From an archaeon GW2011_AR19 (lineage in GTDB: Archaea; Nanobdellota; Nanobdellia; Pacearchaeales; GW2011-AR1): DNA of 48,218 bases. How positions within the stretch are numbered: the first letter of the stretch is position 1; every line of letters starts with the position of its first letter. The notes beneath the pieces were generated by a model. The model did not search any database. It was given only the letters and a program-made list of their open reading frames with translations, and was not told the DNA's origin. The stretch spans positions 1-48,218 of the forward strand of contig JWKY01000008.1 of NCBI GenBank assembly GCA_000806015.1. The letters run 5' to 3'. Below, piece by piece: positions 27,818 through 38,474 of the stretch. Position numbers and translations under genes: made by a program.

Positions 27818-28978
27818 ATGAAAAGAAAGGGGTGGATTGCGCTAATTGTTATTTTAATTGTTTTAGCAATTGCAATAGGAATTTATTTTAAATTCTCTCA
27901 GCCTGCAAGTTTTAAAATAACTCCCGATTATCCGATTAATTTGAATTTAATTTCAGGGGCAGAGGCAAGAACTTCAATAAAAATTACAAATAATGAAGAA
28001 GAACCCCATAATTTTAAAATTGAATTTACTGGAACAGATGAAATAGCTTCGCTAAGCGAAACAGAATTTTCTTTAGAGCCAAAAGAATCAAAAGAAATTG
28101 AAATAGTTTTTAATGACCCTCAAAATGTTTCCCATGTTTATTTTGCGAATTTAATTATAACTAATACAAATTTTAAAAAAAAGATTCCTGTTCTCCTGAC
28201 TTTTAGAGAATCTGCGAGTTTATTTTCAATAATACAAAAACCAATTCCAAAATATTTTGATGTTTATCCCGGAGGAAAATTAGGAGTTGATATTGATGTA
28301 TTTGCATCTGGCGGGAAAGATTATTCCAAAGAAGTAAAAGCAAGCTATGAATTATTGAGTTCTGAAGAATCAATTTTTTATTCTGAAGAAAATCTGATTA
28401 TTGGAAATGAATACTCTTTTTCAAAAGTTTTTGATATTAGTCCTGAACTCTCCTACGGAAAATATGTTTTAGTTACTTCTATAGAATATAACGGGATAAA
28501 AAGCGTTTCATCTTATTTATTTGAGGTCAAGCCAAAACAAAATGAGTTTTTCCTGGAAAAAACCAATCTTCTTATTTTAGTTTTTTTTGCTTTTGTTATT
28601 TTAATTGTCATTCTTTTTATATATTTTATAAAATCAAGAGATGAATTGCTTTTGGCGTTGAGAAAACAGCAGTCAAGAGAGCTGGCAAAAAATATTGAAT
28701 TAATTACTGCTGTTCAAAAGAGAGTTCCGGCTAAAAAAGAAAAGCTGGAAAAAGCAAAGAAAAAAGTTGTTATAAAAATAAAGAAAAGGCAGGAAAAACA
28801 GATAAAGGAATTAAGCAGATTAAAAAAGAAAGGCGTTAAAAAAGACAAAATTAAAATTCAATTAGAAAAATGGAAAAAACAAGGATATGGTTTCCCCGAA
28901 ATTAAAGAAGAAATTCCGGAAAAAAACATCAATAAGCAAATAATAGAATGGAAAAGAGCAGGTTATAAACGGGAATAA
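27818..28978 (+). CDS. Membrane protein with Ig-like extracellular domains and basic tail
   Basis: Two TM segments; domain similar to the C-terminus of 24987-26969. Confidence 0.7.
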   Translation: MKRKGWIALIVILIVLAIAIGIYFKFSQPASFKITPDYPINLNLISGAEARTSIKITNNEEEPHNFKIEFTGTDEIASLSETEFSLEPKESKEIEIVFNDPQNVSHVYFANLIITNTNFKKKIPVLLTFRESASLFSIIQKPIPKYFDVYPGGKLGVDIDVFASGGKDYSKEVKASYELLSSEESIFYSEENLIIGNEYSFSKVFDISPELSYGKYVLVTSIEYNGIKSVSSYLFEVKPKQNEFFLEKTNLLILVFFAFVILIVILFIYFIKSRDELLLALRKQQSRELAKNIELITAVQKRVPAKKEKLEKAKKKVVIKIKKRQEKQIKELSRLKKKGVKKDKIKIQLEKWKKQGYGFPEIKEEIPEKNINKQIIEWKRAGYKRE

Positions 28979-29035
28979 ATTCCTTTTATAAGCAATATTT
29001 AAAAACTAAAATAACTTTATAAAAAGAGAAAAAAA

Positions 29036-30547
29036 ATGGTGAGTAAAAAAAATAAAACTTCTCCAAAATCTAAAAAACAGAAGAAGGGTTCTGTTTCAAA
29101 AACAGATTTTGAGACATTTAAATTTGGAGTTGAGCGATTAAAAGAGCTTGAAAAAGAACTTAATTCTCTTGATACTCGTGGGTTTGCCGGCGAAGAACAG
29201 GATATAAAGTCAAGACTGAAAAAAGTTTCTGAAATTCCATATATTGAAAGACAGATTAAAACTTTAAAATTAAAAATTGACAAAAAATACAAGCCTAAAA
29301 ACAGAAAAAAAAGTTCCACTAAAAAAGTTGAAAAAGGATTAGAAAGAATTCAGGAAGATTTAGAAAAAATAGAAAAAGCCCACAAGCAGGATTCTGAAGT
29401 TATTAAAAAATCAGCAATCAGACAAAAAATTCTTATTGATTCCGGTGTTGATAATTTGGTGGATACTAATTTTAATAGTTTCTTGAAAGATACAAAAAAA
29501 TCTTTGTCAGAGAGAATTGAGAAAAAAGAAAAAGAAATTGATGAATTTATGGAAATGGATTTAGAAGGAAGAGAAGAAAAATATCGTAAGAAACATGATA
29601 GCTTGTTATCTGATTTTGAAAACAAAAGAGTCAGTTTGGAAAAAGAACATAAGAAATTATTTAAAAATCTTATAAATGAAAAATTAAGATTAGAAAAGAA
29701 TTTTTCAGGAAAAAAAATTAAATTAAAAGCAAGAGATGAAGAATTAAGAAAAAAACTTGAAAAAAAATATCAAAAAGAATTTGATGAGAAAGTTGAAACT
29801 GATTTGCATAAAGAAGTTGCTGAAAAATTCAGGGAAAAACTTAATAAAAAATTTGAAGAAGAAAAATCAATATTGGAAAAGAGTTTTTTAGGCGAAAAAA
29901 CTAAATTAGAAGCAGGAGATGAAAAATTCAGGGAAAAACTTAATGAAAAACTTGAGAAAGAATATCAAGAAAAATTTGATGAGAAAGTTGCAGCTGATTT
30001 GCATAAAGAAATTACTAAAAAATTCAGGGAAAAACTTAATAAAAAATTTGAACAGGAAAAAGCAAGAATTGACAAGGAGTATAATGCTGAATTAAAGAAA
30101 CATGCTAAAGAGGAATTGGAAAATCAAAATCGAAAATTAGAAGAAATAACAAAAGAAATTTTTAAAGAATCTAAAAAAAAGTTTGATATGGAAATTAAAC
30201 AAGAAAAAATGAAAATTGATAAAGAAGTAAAATTAGAAAAACGCACAAGAAGAGAATTAGAAATTCAAAAACAAAAATTAGGAGAGAGAATAAAAAATAA
30301 AGAGCAGATGCTTAAAAATCAGGAAGAGAGAAAAATAAAGCAAATAAGAGAAGAACTTGCTGAACAATCGCACAGAGAACTTGAAGCAGAGCTTGTAAAA
30401 AAAGAAAAAATTCTTAAATCCAGATTAGAAAGCGAATATGACTTAAGATTAAAGCAGGAACTTCAAAGGCAGGAGCAGGAAATTAAGAGAAAGAAACTTG
30501 ATTTAGAAATGGAAATGCAGAAAAAAATAAAACAGGTTTTAGAATAA
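29036..30547 (+). CDS. Lys/Glu-rich coiled-coil protein with internal duplication
   Basis: FDEKV..DLHKE...KFREKLNKKFE occurs twice. Confidence 0.75.
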   Translation: MVSKKNKTSPKSKKQKKGSVSKTDFETFKFGVERLKELEKELNSLDTRGFAGEEQDIKSRLKKVSEIPYIERQIKTLKLKIDKKYKPKNRKKSSTKKVEKGLERIQEDLEKIEKAHKQDSEVIKKSAIRQKILIDSGVDNLVDTNFNSFLKDTKKSLSERIEKKEKEIDEFMEMDLEGREEKYRKKHDSLLSDFENKRVSLEKEHKKLFKNLINEKLRLEKNFSGKKIKLKARDEELRKKLEKKYQKEFDEKVETDLHKEVAEKFREKLNKKFEEEKSILEKSFLGEKTKLEAGDEKFREKLNEKLEKEYQEKFDEKVAADLHKEITKKFREKLNKKFEQEKARIDKEYNAELKKHAKEELENQNRKLEEITKEIFKESKKKFDMEIKQEKMKIDKEVKLEKRTRRELEIQKQKLGERIKNKEQMLKNQEERKIKQIREELAEQSHRELEAELVKKEKILKSRLESEYDLRLKQELQRQEQEIKRKKLDLEMEMQKKIKQVLE

Positions 30548-30556
30548 TTTTTTTTA

Positions 30557-30620
30557 CTTCCGACCCCGATTTCTATTTTTTACATTTACCTTCGGAATTG
30601 ATTGAAATCAAAGTCGCTCG
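30557..30620 (-). repeat. Family B structured repeat
   Basis: Minus strand CGAGCGACTTTGATTTC..CCGAAGG..GAAATCGGGGTCGGAAG. Confidence 0.85.
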
Positions 30621-30863
30621 GTCCTCACAACGAAAAACATTGTTGCGGGAATAAATTAGGAAAATTTATTCTAATGTAGTAAAAAATTAAGCAAGTTCTT
30701 GAGTGAAATAGGATTTTTTTTACAATAAACAAAGGACATTTTCTAAAATCCATAAACATCAAATTTTTTTATCAAAATCAATTTTATCGACGATAAAATG
30801 GAAGAAAGCTTTATAAAGCAAGTTAATTTTATTATTAGATAAAATAAAAAAATTCAAAATAAA

Positions 30864-33800
30864 ATGTCTACAAAAGAAGAATATGGAGCAGAATCTATTA
30901 AAGTATTAGAAGGATTGGAAGGAGTTAGAAAGCGCCCAGCTATGTATATTGGTTCAACAGGAAAAGAAGGGCTGCATCATTTAGTTTATGAAGTTGTTGA
31001 TAATAGTGTTGATGAGGCTCTTGCAGGTTTTTGCAAAAGTATAAAAGTTTTTATAAATAAAGACGGTTCCGTGACGGTTGATGATGATGGCAGAGGAATT
31101 CCGGTAGATATTCATCCGCAATATAAAGTTCCTGCGTGTGAAGTTGCCCTGACAAAATTGCATGCCGGGGGAAAATTTGACAAAAAATCTTATGTTATAT
31201 CTGGAGGACTGCATGGAGTGGGGGTCTCCTGCGTAAATGCTCTGTCAAAAAAATTAATCTTGGAAATTAAAAGAGACGGCAAGCTTTATTCTCAGGAATA
31301 TTCCCGCGGTGAAGCAAAAACTAAATTAAAAGCTGTCGGCAGCGCCGGGAAAGATGAAACGGGAACTAAAATAACTTTTTGGCCGGACGAACAAATTTTT
31401 TCTACGCTTGAATTTGATTATAAATTCTTGGAAAACAGGTTCAGGGAAATTGCTTTTTTAAATTCAGGATTAAAAATAAATTTAGTTGATGAAAATAAAA
31501 ACAAATCAGAAGAATTTTTTTCTACAGGCGGATTAATTGAATTTGTAAAGTGGATAAATAAATCAAAAGAACCGTTATTTGCAAAGCCAATTTATTTTAA
31601 AAAAGAGATGGAAAGTGTGATTATTGAAATTTCTATTCAATATATTTCCGGATATCAGGAAAATATTTTTGGATTTGTCAACACAATAAATACTGTTGAG
31701 GGCGGGACGCACATTTCTGGTTTTAAGACAGCTTTAACAAGAGTAATTAATGATTATGTTAAGAAGAGAAATTTATTAAAGGGTGAAGAAGGTTTGTCCG
31801 GAGAGGATGTCCGCGAAGGCCTGACCGCAATTGTCAGCATTAAAATTCCGGAACCTCAATTTGAGGGACAAACAAAAACCAAATTAGGAAACAGCGAGGT
31901 CAAGGGTTTTGTGGATTCAATTGTTACTTCTCTTTTAGCAGAATTTTTTGAAGAAAATCCAAATATTGCCAAAAACATTATTACAAAATGTTTGGATGCT
32001 GCAAAAGCAAGACTCGCTGCTAAAAAAGCAAGAGAATTAGTTAGAAGAAAAAGCGTCTTTGGTCTTGGAGGATTGCCCGGAAAATTAGCCGACTGCTCTT
32101 CAAAAAAATCAGAAGAAACTGAATTATATATTGTTGAGGGAGAATCTGCTGGCGGATGTTTTGACGGAGACACAAAAGTTGAGCTTGCTGACGGGAGAAA
32201 CCTCTCTTTTAAAGAATTAATTGAAGAATACAATGAAGGAAAAGAAAATTTTTGTTATACTATACAAGAAGACGGAAGTATTGGAATAGAGAAAATAGAA
32301 TATCCGAGACTAACTAAAAAAAATATAGAAGTAATTAAAATTGTTTTAGACAATGATGAAGAAATAATTTGCACCCCCGACCATAAATTTATGTTAAGAA
32401 ATGGAGAATATAAAGAAGCAAAGGATTTAGTCTCTGAAGATTCTTTAATGCCTTTATATAAAAAAATATCTGAAATCGGCGGGAAAATTACAATTGAGGG
32501 TTATGAGATGGTTTTAAATACAAATGGAAAATGGATTTTCACACACATGCTTTCTGATGAATACAATTTGGAAAAGAATATTTATTCCAAAAAACAGGGA
32601 GAGGCAAGACATCACATTGATTTTAATAAAAGAAATAATAATCCTTCAAATATCGTAAGATTAACCAAAGAACAACATTTAATTTTACATACTGAAAATT
32701 TAGAAAAAACAATTCATAGACCCGACATTAAGGAAAAGGCAGCTAAAGCTCATCAAACTAAAGAATACAGAGAGAAAATGAGCAATTGGGCAAAAACACC
32801 TGAAGTTAATGAAATTATAAGACAGAACAGTAAAAAGTTATGGGAAAATGAGGAATATAAAAAATACATGGTTGCAAAATTTAAAGAATTTTATAATTCT
32901 AATGAGGAATGCAGAAATAAAAATAATAAGCTTCTTAATGAGCAACAAAAAATCTATTGGCAGAACCCGGAAAATAGGAAAAAAACTACTGAAAAAGTAA
33001 AAAGATTTTTTGAAGAAAATCCAGATGCTAAAGAATATTTATCTAGTTTAGCTAAAGAACAATGGAAAGATGAAGCTTTGATTATCTGGAGAAGACAAAA
33101 AACAAAAGAGCAATGGACTCCGGAATTTAGAGAAAAAAGAATAAATTCATATAATAAAACTTATTATAATAAAACAATAAAATTAATGAAACAAACTATT
33201 GAAAAAGAAGGGAATTTATATAAATTTGATAAGATAAGAATTGAAAATAATGATAAATCTGTTTTGTCTATGAAAACTTTTTGTTCAAGATTTTTCAATA
33301 ATAATCCAGAATTAATGTTGGAATCTGTTAAAAATTACAATCACAAAATTAAAAGCACGGAATGGATTAATAAAAAAATAGATGTTTATGATTTAGAAGT
33401 TCCAAATACGCATAATTTTGCTTTAGCTTCTGGAATTTTTGTTCATAACAGCGCAAAAATGGCGCGCAACAAAGAATTGCAGGCGATTCTTCCATTAAAA
33501 GGAAAAATATTAAATGTTGAAAAAGCAGCGTCCTCAAAAACTCTTTCAAGCGAAGAGATTATAAATTTAATCACTGCAATCGGAACAGGAGTTGGCGAAC
33601 AGTTTGATACAAATAATCTCAGGTATGGTAAAATAATTATTATGACTGATGCAGATGTTGACGGACAGCATATTATGACTTTGCTTTTGACATTTTTCTT
33701 TAGATTCATGCCGCACTTAATTGAAAATGGAAATGTTTATGCTGCTCTGCCTCCATTGTATAGAATCAGGAAAAAAGAAGATTACTATGTTTATTCGGAC

Positions 33801-34061
33801 GAAGAACTTAAAAAAATTATTAAAGAATTAAGTGTTTCAGAATCTTCAGGAGCAGTGACGAGGTTTAAAGGATTGGGAGAAATGTCTGCTGACCAGCTTT
33901 GGGAAACAACAATGAATCCAAAGAATCGAAAAATAAAAAAAATTTATATTGAAGACGCTGTTGAAGCTGACGCGACTTTTACAATGCTTATGGGCAATGA
34001 TGTTCAATCAAGAAAAGAATTCATACAAGAAAACGCGCAAAAAGCGCAGTTGGATGTTTAA
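30864..34061 (+). CDS. gyrB: DNA gyrase subunit B with intein
   Basis: VRKRPAMYIGST, EVVDNSVDE, GGLHGVG, EGESAGG/SAK, PLKGKILNV, MTDADVDG, RFKGLGEM. Confidence 0.97.
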   Translation: MSTKEEYGAESIKVLEGLEGVRKRPAMYIGSTGKEGLHHLVYEVVDNSVDEALAGFCKSIKVFINKDGSVTVDDDGRGIPVDIHPQYKVPACEVALTKLHAGGKFDKKSYVISGGLHGVGVSCVNALSKKLILEIKRDGKLYSQEYSRGEAKTKLKAVGSAGKDETGTKITFWPDEQIFSTLEFDYKFLENRFREIAFLNSGLKINLVDENKNKSEEFFSTGGLIEFVKWINKSKEPLFAKPIYFKKEMESVIIEISIQYISGYQENIFGFVNTINTVEGGTHISGFKTALTRVINDYVKKRNLLKGEEGLSGEDVREGLTAIVSIKIPEPQFEGQTKTKLGNSEVKGFVDSIVTSLLAEFFEENPNIAKNIITKCLDAAKARLAAKKARELVRRKSVFGLGGLPGKLADCSSKKSEETELYIVEGESAGGCFDGDTKVELADGRNLSFKELIEEYNEGKENFCYTIQEDGSIGIEKIEYPRLTKKNIEVIKIVLDNDEEIICTPDHKFMLRNGEYKEAKDLVSEDSLMPLYKKISEIGGKITIEGYEMVLNTNGKWIFTHMLSDEYNLEKNIYSKKQGEARHHIDFNKRNNNPSNIVRLTKEQHLILHTENLEKTIHRPDIKEKAAKAHQTKEYREKMSNWAKTPEVNEIIRQNSKKLWENEEYKKYMVAKFKEFYNSNEECRNKNNKLLNEQQKIYWQNPENRKKTTEKVKRFFEENPDAKEYLSSLAKEQWKDEALIIWRRQKTKEQWTPEFREKRINSYNKTYYNKTIKLMKQTIEKEGNLYKFDKIRIENNDKSVLSMKTFCSRFFNNNPELMLESVKNYNHKIKSTEWINKKIDVYDLEVPNTHNFALASGIFVHNSAKMARNKELQAILPLKGKILNVEKAASSKTLSSEEIINLITAIGTGVGEQFDTNNLRYGKIIIMTDADVDGQHIMTLLLTFFFRFMPHLIENGNVYAALPPLYRIRKKEDYYVYSDEELKKIIKELSVSESSGAVTRFKGLGEMSADQLWETTMNPKNRKIKKIYIEDAVEADATFTMLMGNDVQSRKEFIQENAQKAQLDV
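32157..33449 (+). mobile_element. 431-aa intein with HNH homing endonuclease
   Basis: Starts CFDGDTKV, CTPDHKF block B, HHIDFNKRNN..N..H HNH motif, ends VYDLEV..HNF..FVHN followed by Ser. Confidence 0.95.
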
Positions 34062-34062
34062 G

Positions 34063-35064
34063 ATGAAAAAAACAAAAATAAAAATCGAAGATAGAATTAG
34101 CGGAGCATTTACTGGATTATATTTTGGCTCGGGAGTTAATCCAAGGTTTTCTCCAATGCTTACTCCAGAAAAAGCAAGAGAATTGTTTAGTAAAAGAAAA
34201 TTTGGAGATTATTTTTCTTTTCCATTTTATGGAAAATCTAATCAATTATTTGACCAACATACGCAAACTAAAATTGTTTATGACATGTTAATGAAGTTTG
34301 GAAAAATTACTCCTGAATTATCCCGGGATTATTTAATGGAGTTGCATAAAAAATATGATGTGTTTAAAGGAGATGTTTACGGACCAAGCACACAAAAAGC
34401 AATAACAAAAATTCTTGCTGGAGAAGATGTTTATGAAATGGGAAAAACTGGAATAACTTGCGGTTCTGCAATGAAATGTCTTCCAATTGCAATGTTTTTT
34501 CATAATAATATGGAAGCGTTAGTAGAAAATACTGTTAATACTTGTATTATTTCTCATAATACTGATGTTACAATCGACGCAGCAATCGCTTGTAATATAA
34601 CTTTAGCAAGTTTGATTAATGGTGTTGAAAAATTTGAAGCAATAAAAAAGGGGATTGATGCTGTTAAAAAATATCATGGAAAATTCGGAGAAAAAACAAG
34701 CGAGCCACGAATTGACGAAAGAATAGAAACTGCTTTGAAATTATTAAAAGGAAAAAGTATTGAAGATGCAGAAAAGATAATTCCTGAGAAAATTGGGGTA
34801 AGTTGGTTTGCTAGAGAAACAATTCCGGGAGCTTTTGCAAATTATATTGTTTCAAATTCTCCTGAAGATTCTTCATTATTAGCAATGAGATGCGGAGGAG
34901 ATAATCAAACAGTTCCAGAAATTGCTTGCGCATTTTTAGGCGCAGAAAAAGGATCAAATATTTTTTCAGAAGAAGTATTAAAAAATATTGAAAAAATAAA
35001 TAAAATTAAAATTGATAAGATGGCAGGAATTTTATTAAATAAATTGAAGAAATTAAAAAAATAA
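34063..35064 (+). CDS. ADP-ribosylglycohydrolase (DraG/ARH) family protein, divergent
   Basis: DRISGAFTG, YGPST, TCGSAMKCLPI, ISHN, GGDNQT..IACAFLGA. Confidence 0.8.
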   Translation: MKKTKIKIEDRISGAFTGLYFGSGVNPRFSPMLTPEKARELFSKRKFGDYFSFPFYGKSNQLFDQHTQTKIVYDMLMKFGKITPELSRDYLMELHKKYDVFKGDVYGPSTQKAITKILAGEDVYEMGKTGITCGSAMKCLPIAMFFHNNMEALVENTVNTCIISHNTDVTIDAAIACNITLASLINGVEKFEAIKKGIDAVKKYHGKFGEKTSEPRIDERIETALKLLKGKSIEDAEKIIPEKIGVSWFARETIPGAFANYIVSNSPEDSSLLAMRCGGDNQTVPEIACAFLGAEKGSNIFSEEVLKNIEKINKIKIDKMAGILLNKLKKLKK

Positions 35065-35191
35065 AATGACTAATATAATAAATAAAAGGGATTCGAACAG
35101 AATGGCTAAATTCAACCGTTTGATACGCAGTTATAATATATTCAATATATCTGGGTATTTAAATATTTTGGTTAATTCAAATTTATACTGT

Positions 35192-35273
35192 GCTGGGATG
35201 GCAGAATGGTTATTGCGACTGTCTGATACGCAGTGCCCTTTGGGGTTTGTGGGTTCGATTCCCACTCCCAGCG
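35192..35273 (+). tRNA. tRNA with GAT (Ile) anticodon, long variable arm and G73
   Basis: Acceptor GCTGGGA/TCCCAGC, D GCAG/TTGC, anticodon arm ACTGT-CTGATAC-GCAGT, 14-nt V-arm, T arm GTGGG-TTCGATT-CCCAC. Confidence 0.92.
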
Positions 35274-35314
35274 CAGAATATTCTAATTTTTTTAGGAGGA
35301 GTTTTTAAAATAAA

Positions 35315-35596
35315 ATGCCCCGCGAATCAAAACTAAAAACACCAGACTGGATTTTAAAAGGTGGAAAAAAGCCAGACAAAAAGAAAACTGAAAAAACTTT
35401 TAAAATTAAAGAATGTCCGAAGTGCAAAAGCGACGATGTTGGAGTTGTTTTAAGCGGAAGCGACAGCGAAGAAGGCGGGGGAAGAGAATGGGAATGTCAT
35501 AAATGCAAATGGGCAGGAGCAGATATTATTGAAAAAGAACTTTCAGAAGATGAATTTATGAAATATTTAGATGAAAAGGGGGAAGAGGTTGCTTGA
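35315..35596 (+). CDS. Small zinc-ribbon protein
   Basis: CPKC..CHKC; AGGAGG upstream; abuts gyrA. Confidence 0.75.
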   Translation: MPRESKLKTPDWILKGGKKPDKKKTEKTFKIKECPKCKSDDVGVVLSGSDSEEGGGREWECHKCKWAGADIIEKELSEDEFMKYLDEKGEEVA

Positions 35597-35597
35597 G

Positions 35598-37962
35598 ATG
35601 ACAGACTCAAATAAGACAGACGACGAAACCCAAAAAAAATTAACAGAAGAGAAGGGCGTAATCCAGACAGAAATTTCAAGCGAAATGAAAAAAGCATATT
35701 TGGATTATGCTATGTCTGTGATTGTGTCAAGGGCAATTCCGTCAGTTGAAGACGGATTAAAACCTGTTCAGAGAAGAATTTTATATGCAATGCAGCAGCT
35801 TGGCTTGAAGCCAAACTCTCAGACAAAAAAATCAGCAAGAATCGTCGGAGATGTAATTGGTAAATACCATCCGCACGGCGACACTGCGGTTTATGAAGCA
35901 ATGGTCAGAATGGCTCAGGATTTTTCATTAAGATATCCTTTGGTTTTTGGGCAAGGCAATTTTGGATCAGTTGACGGGGACAGCGCAGCGGCCATGCGTT
36001 ACACCGAGGCGCGAATAATGGATATTTCTTCAGAATTATTGCAGGATCTTGAAAAGGAAACTGTTAATTTTGTTCCGAATTATGACAACTCTCTAAAAGA
36101 ACCTGAATTGCTCCCCGGAAAACTTCCAAATTTATTATTAAACGGAGCGTCAGGAATTGCAGTCGGTATGGCTACAACTATTCCTCCGCATAATTTAACA
36201 GAAGTTTGCGACGCTATTATAGCATATATTAAAAATAAAGAGATAACTTTTGAAGAACTTTGCGAGATTATCAAAGGGCCGGATTTTCCGACGGGTGGAA
36301 GTGTTCAGGGAGATATGCTTGAGTTGTATAAAACAGGCATTGGAAAATTAATTATGAGGGGAAAAATTACAACAGAAAATTTCAAAAATAAAGAAGCAAT
36401 TATAATAACTGAAATTCCTTATATGCTTAATAAAACTATTTTAGTCACCCAAATTGCAAATCTTGTTCAGGAGAAAAAATTAAAAGATATTTCGGATTTA
36501 AGGGATGAATCTTCAAGAGGAAAAACAAGAATTGTTATTGAACTTAAAAAAGGAGTCAATTCAAATTTTGTAATTAATGCTTTGTATAAATACACGAGAG
36601 TTCAGGATTCTTTTAATGTTAATTTATTAGCTTTGCATTCTGGTCAGCCAAAAGTTATGAATCTTAAGGAAGTTATTGATGCATATGTTAATTACAGGAA
36701 ATTAATTATTACAAACCGCTCTAAATATGAATTAAAAAGAGCAAAAGAAAGGCAGGAAATTGTGCAGGGACTGCTGATAGCTTTAAATGATATTGACGGC
36801 GCTGTTGCTTTGATTAAAAAATCAAAAAGCGCAGTTGAAGCTTCTGAAGGGTTAATAAAAAAATATAAATTAACAAAAGTTCAGGCTCAGGCGATTTTAG
36901 ATATTAAGCTGCAGCAATTAACTTCTTTGGAAGTTTCTAAATTAGAAAAAGAAGAACAGGAATTAAAAAAAGAAATTGAAGAGCTTGAAAAAATTTTAGG
37001 AGATGTTGAAGAGATTCTTAAAATTATTATCAAAGAAGTCAGGGAATTAAAAGAAAAATACGGAGACAATAGAAAAACGCAAATATTAAAAAGACAAATA
37101 GGAGAGATTTCTGAAAAAGATTTGATTCAAAAAAAAGAAGTAACTATAACAATAACTGAAAAAGGATATTGCAAAAGAATGGATGTCAAAGATTACAAGG
37201 AGCAATACAACAAGAGGAAGAGTTCTCTGGCTGAAAGCATATGACATTCCTGCTTCTGAAAAATACAGCAAAGGACGGGCAATAACAAATTTAATGGAAT
37301 TAAAAGATGAAAAAATTACAAATGTTATTTCAGTAAAAAACTTTGACGATTCTTTATTTATGGCGACAAAAAAAGGCGTGGTTAAAAGGATTTCGTTAAA
37401 ACATTTTTCAAAACCAAGAGCTTCCGGAATCAAGGCAATTAATTTTCCTCCTGGGGATTCAGACATTTTAATTGGCGTTGAAGTTGTCAAGCCTAAACAA
37501 GAAGTTCTTTTAGCAACTAAAAAAGGAAAAGCAATAAGATTTAATGCAGAAGATGTCAGGGAAATGGGGAGAGCAAGCTACGGAGTTACAGGAATAAAGC
37601 TAAATGGAAATGATGAAGTTGTTAGTTTGGAAATTTTAGACACCAAGGCGATTTTAACAATTACAAAAAAAGGATATGGAAAACGAAGTTTGGTTGAAGA
37701 TTACAGGAAAACTTCAAGAGCAGGCAAGGGCGTAATTAATTTAAAAATAACGGATAAGACCGGGGAGATTGTTACAACAGCATCAGTAAATGACAAAGAC
37801 AGCATAATAATTACAACTGCAAAAGGAATTGTAATTAGAACTTCTCTGGAAAATATAAGGGTAATGGGGCGCGCAACTCAAGGCGTTAGAATTGTCAAAC
37901 TTCAGCAGGGAGATTATGTTACTGATTTGGTTAAATTTATTGAAATTGGGGAAGAGGGATAA
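35598..37962 (+). CDS. gyrA: DNA gyrase subunit A, frame broken at 37205/37207 by an apparent ~100-nt deletion
   Basis: [25 protein letters not shown] (catalytic Tyr); C-terminal pinwheel in a second frame ([22 protein letters not shown]). Confidence 0.9.
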
Positions 37963-38056
37963 ATTTAAAGAGTAAATATAATTAAGCCAAATTGTTACTT
38001 CTTATAAAAGATAACAAAATAGAAAGATTTAAATACCTGGGAGGGTTATTAATTTT

Positions 38057-38446
38057 ATGTTAAATGCAAAATCAACAATAATAAAGGGCGCAATTTCTTT
38101 GCTAATCGGGATTGGAGGATTATGTTACATTAAATCTTTTTCAAATAAAAATATAGAATACAATCCTTTAATTATTAAAAAAAACGATATTGAAGTATGG
38201 GATATAAACAGAGACGGTGTTGCTGATGTTGTGCAATCCTTTTCTGGATTCTCACAAAAATATGGCATCAAGAATAAATTGTTTGTTAATCCTGATATAA
38301 AAAAACAAATTATAAAATATAATCATTTTTTTGATATGTATGGATATTCAAAACCCCTTTCACCAGAATTACAATCTGTTGCTGCATGCGCGCTAAAAAC
38401 CAACGATTTTAATGAATTAGAAAAAAATCTTATAGAATTTAAATAA
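38057..38446 (+). CDS. Membrane-anchored hypothetical protein with DxNxDG loop
   Basis: N-terminal TM, WDINRDGVAD; TTTAAATA box upstream. Confidence 0.65.
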   Translation: MLNAKSTIIKGAISLLIGIGGLCYIKSFSNKNIEYNPLIIKKNDIEVWDINRDGVADVVQSFSGFSQKYGIKNKLFVNPDIKKQIIKYNHFFDMYGYSKPLSPELQSVAACALKTNDFNELEKNLIEFK

Positions 38447-38474
38447 TTAATAATGATTTCTTCTCGCCTTTTCT

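Noticed and set aside
35192-35273. Reading the tRNA as Ser(TGA)
   Set aside because: The 5-bp stem/7-nt loop register places GAT, not TGA, at positions 34-36 with U33.
35066-35308. 80-aa ORF
   Set aside because: Overlaps the tRNA and its promoter region; spurious.
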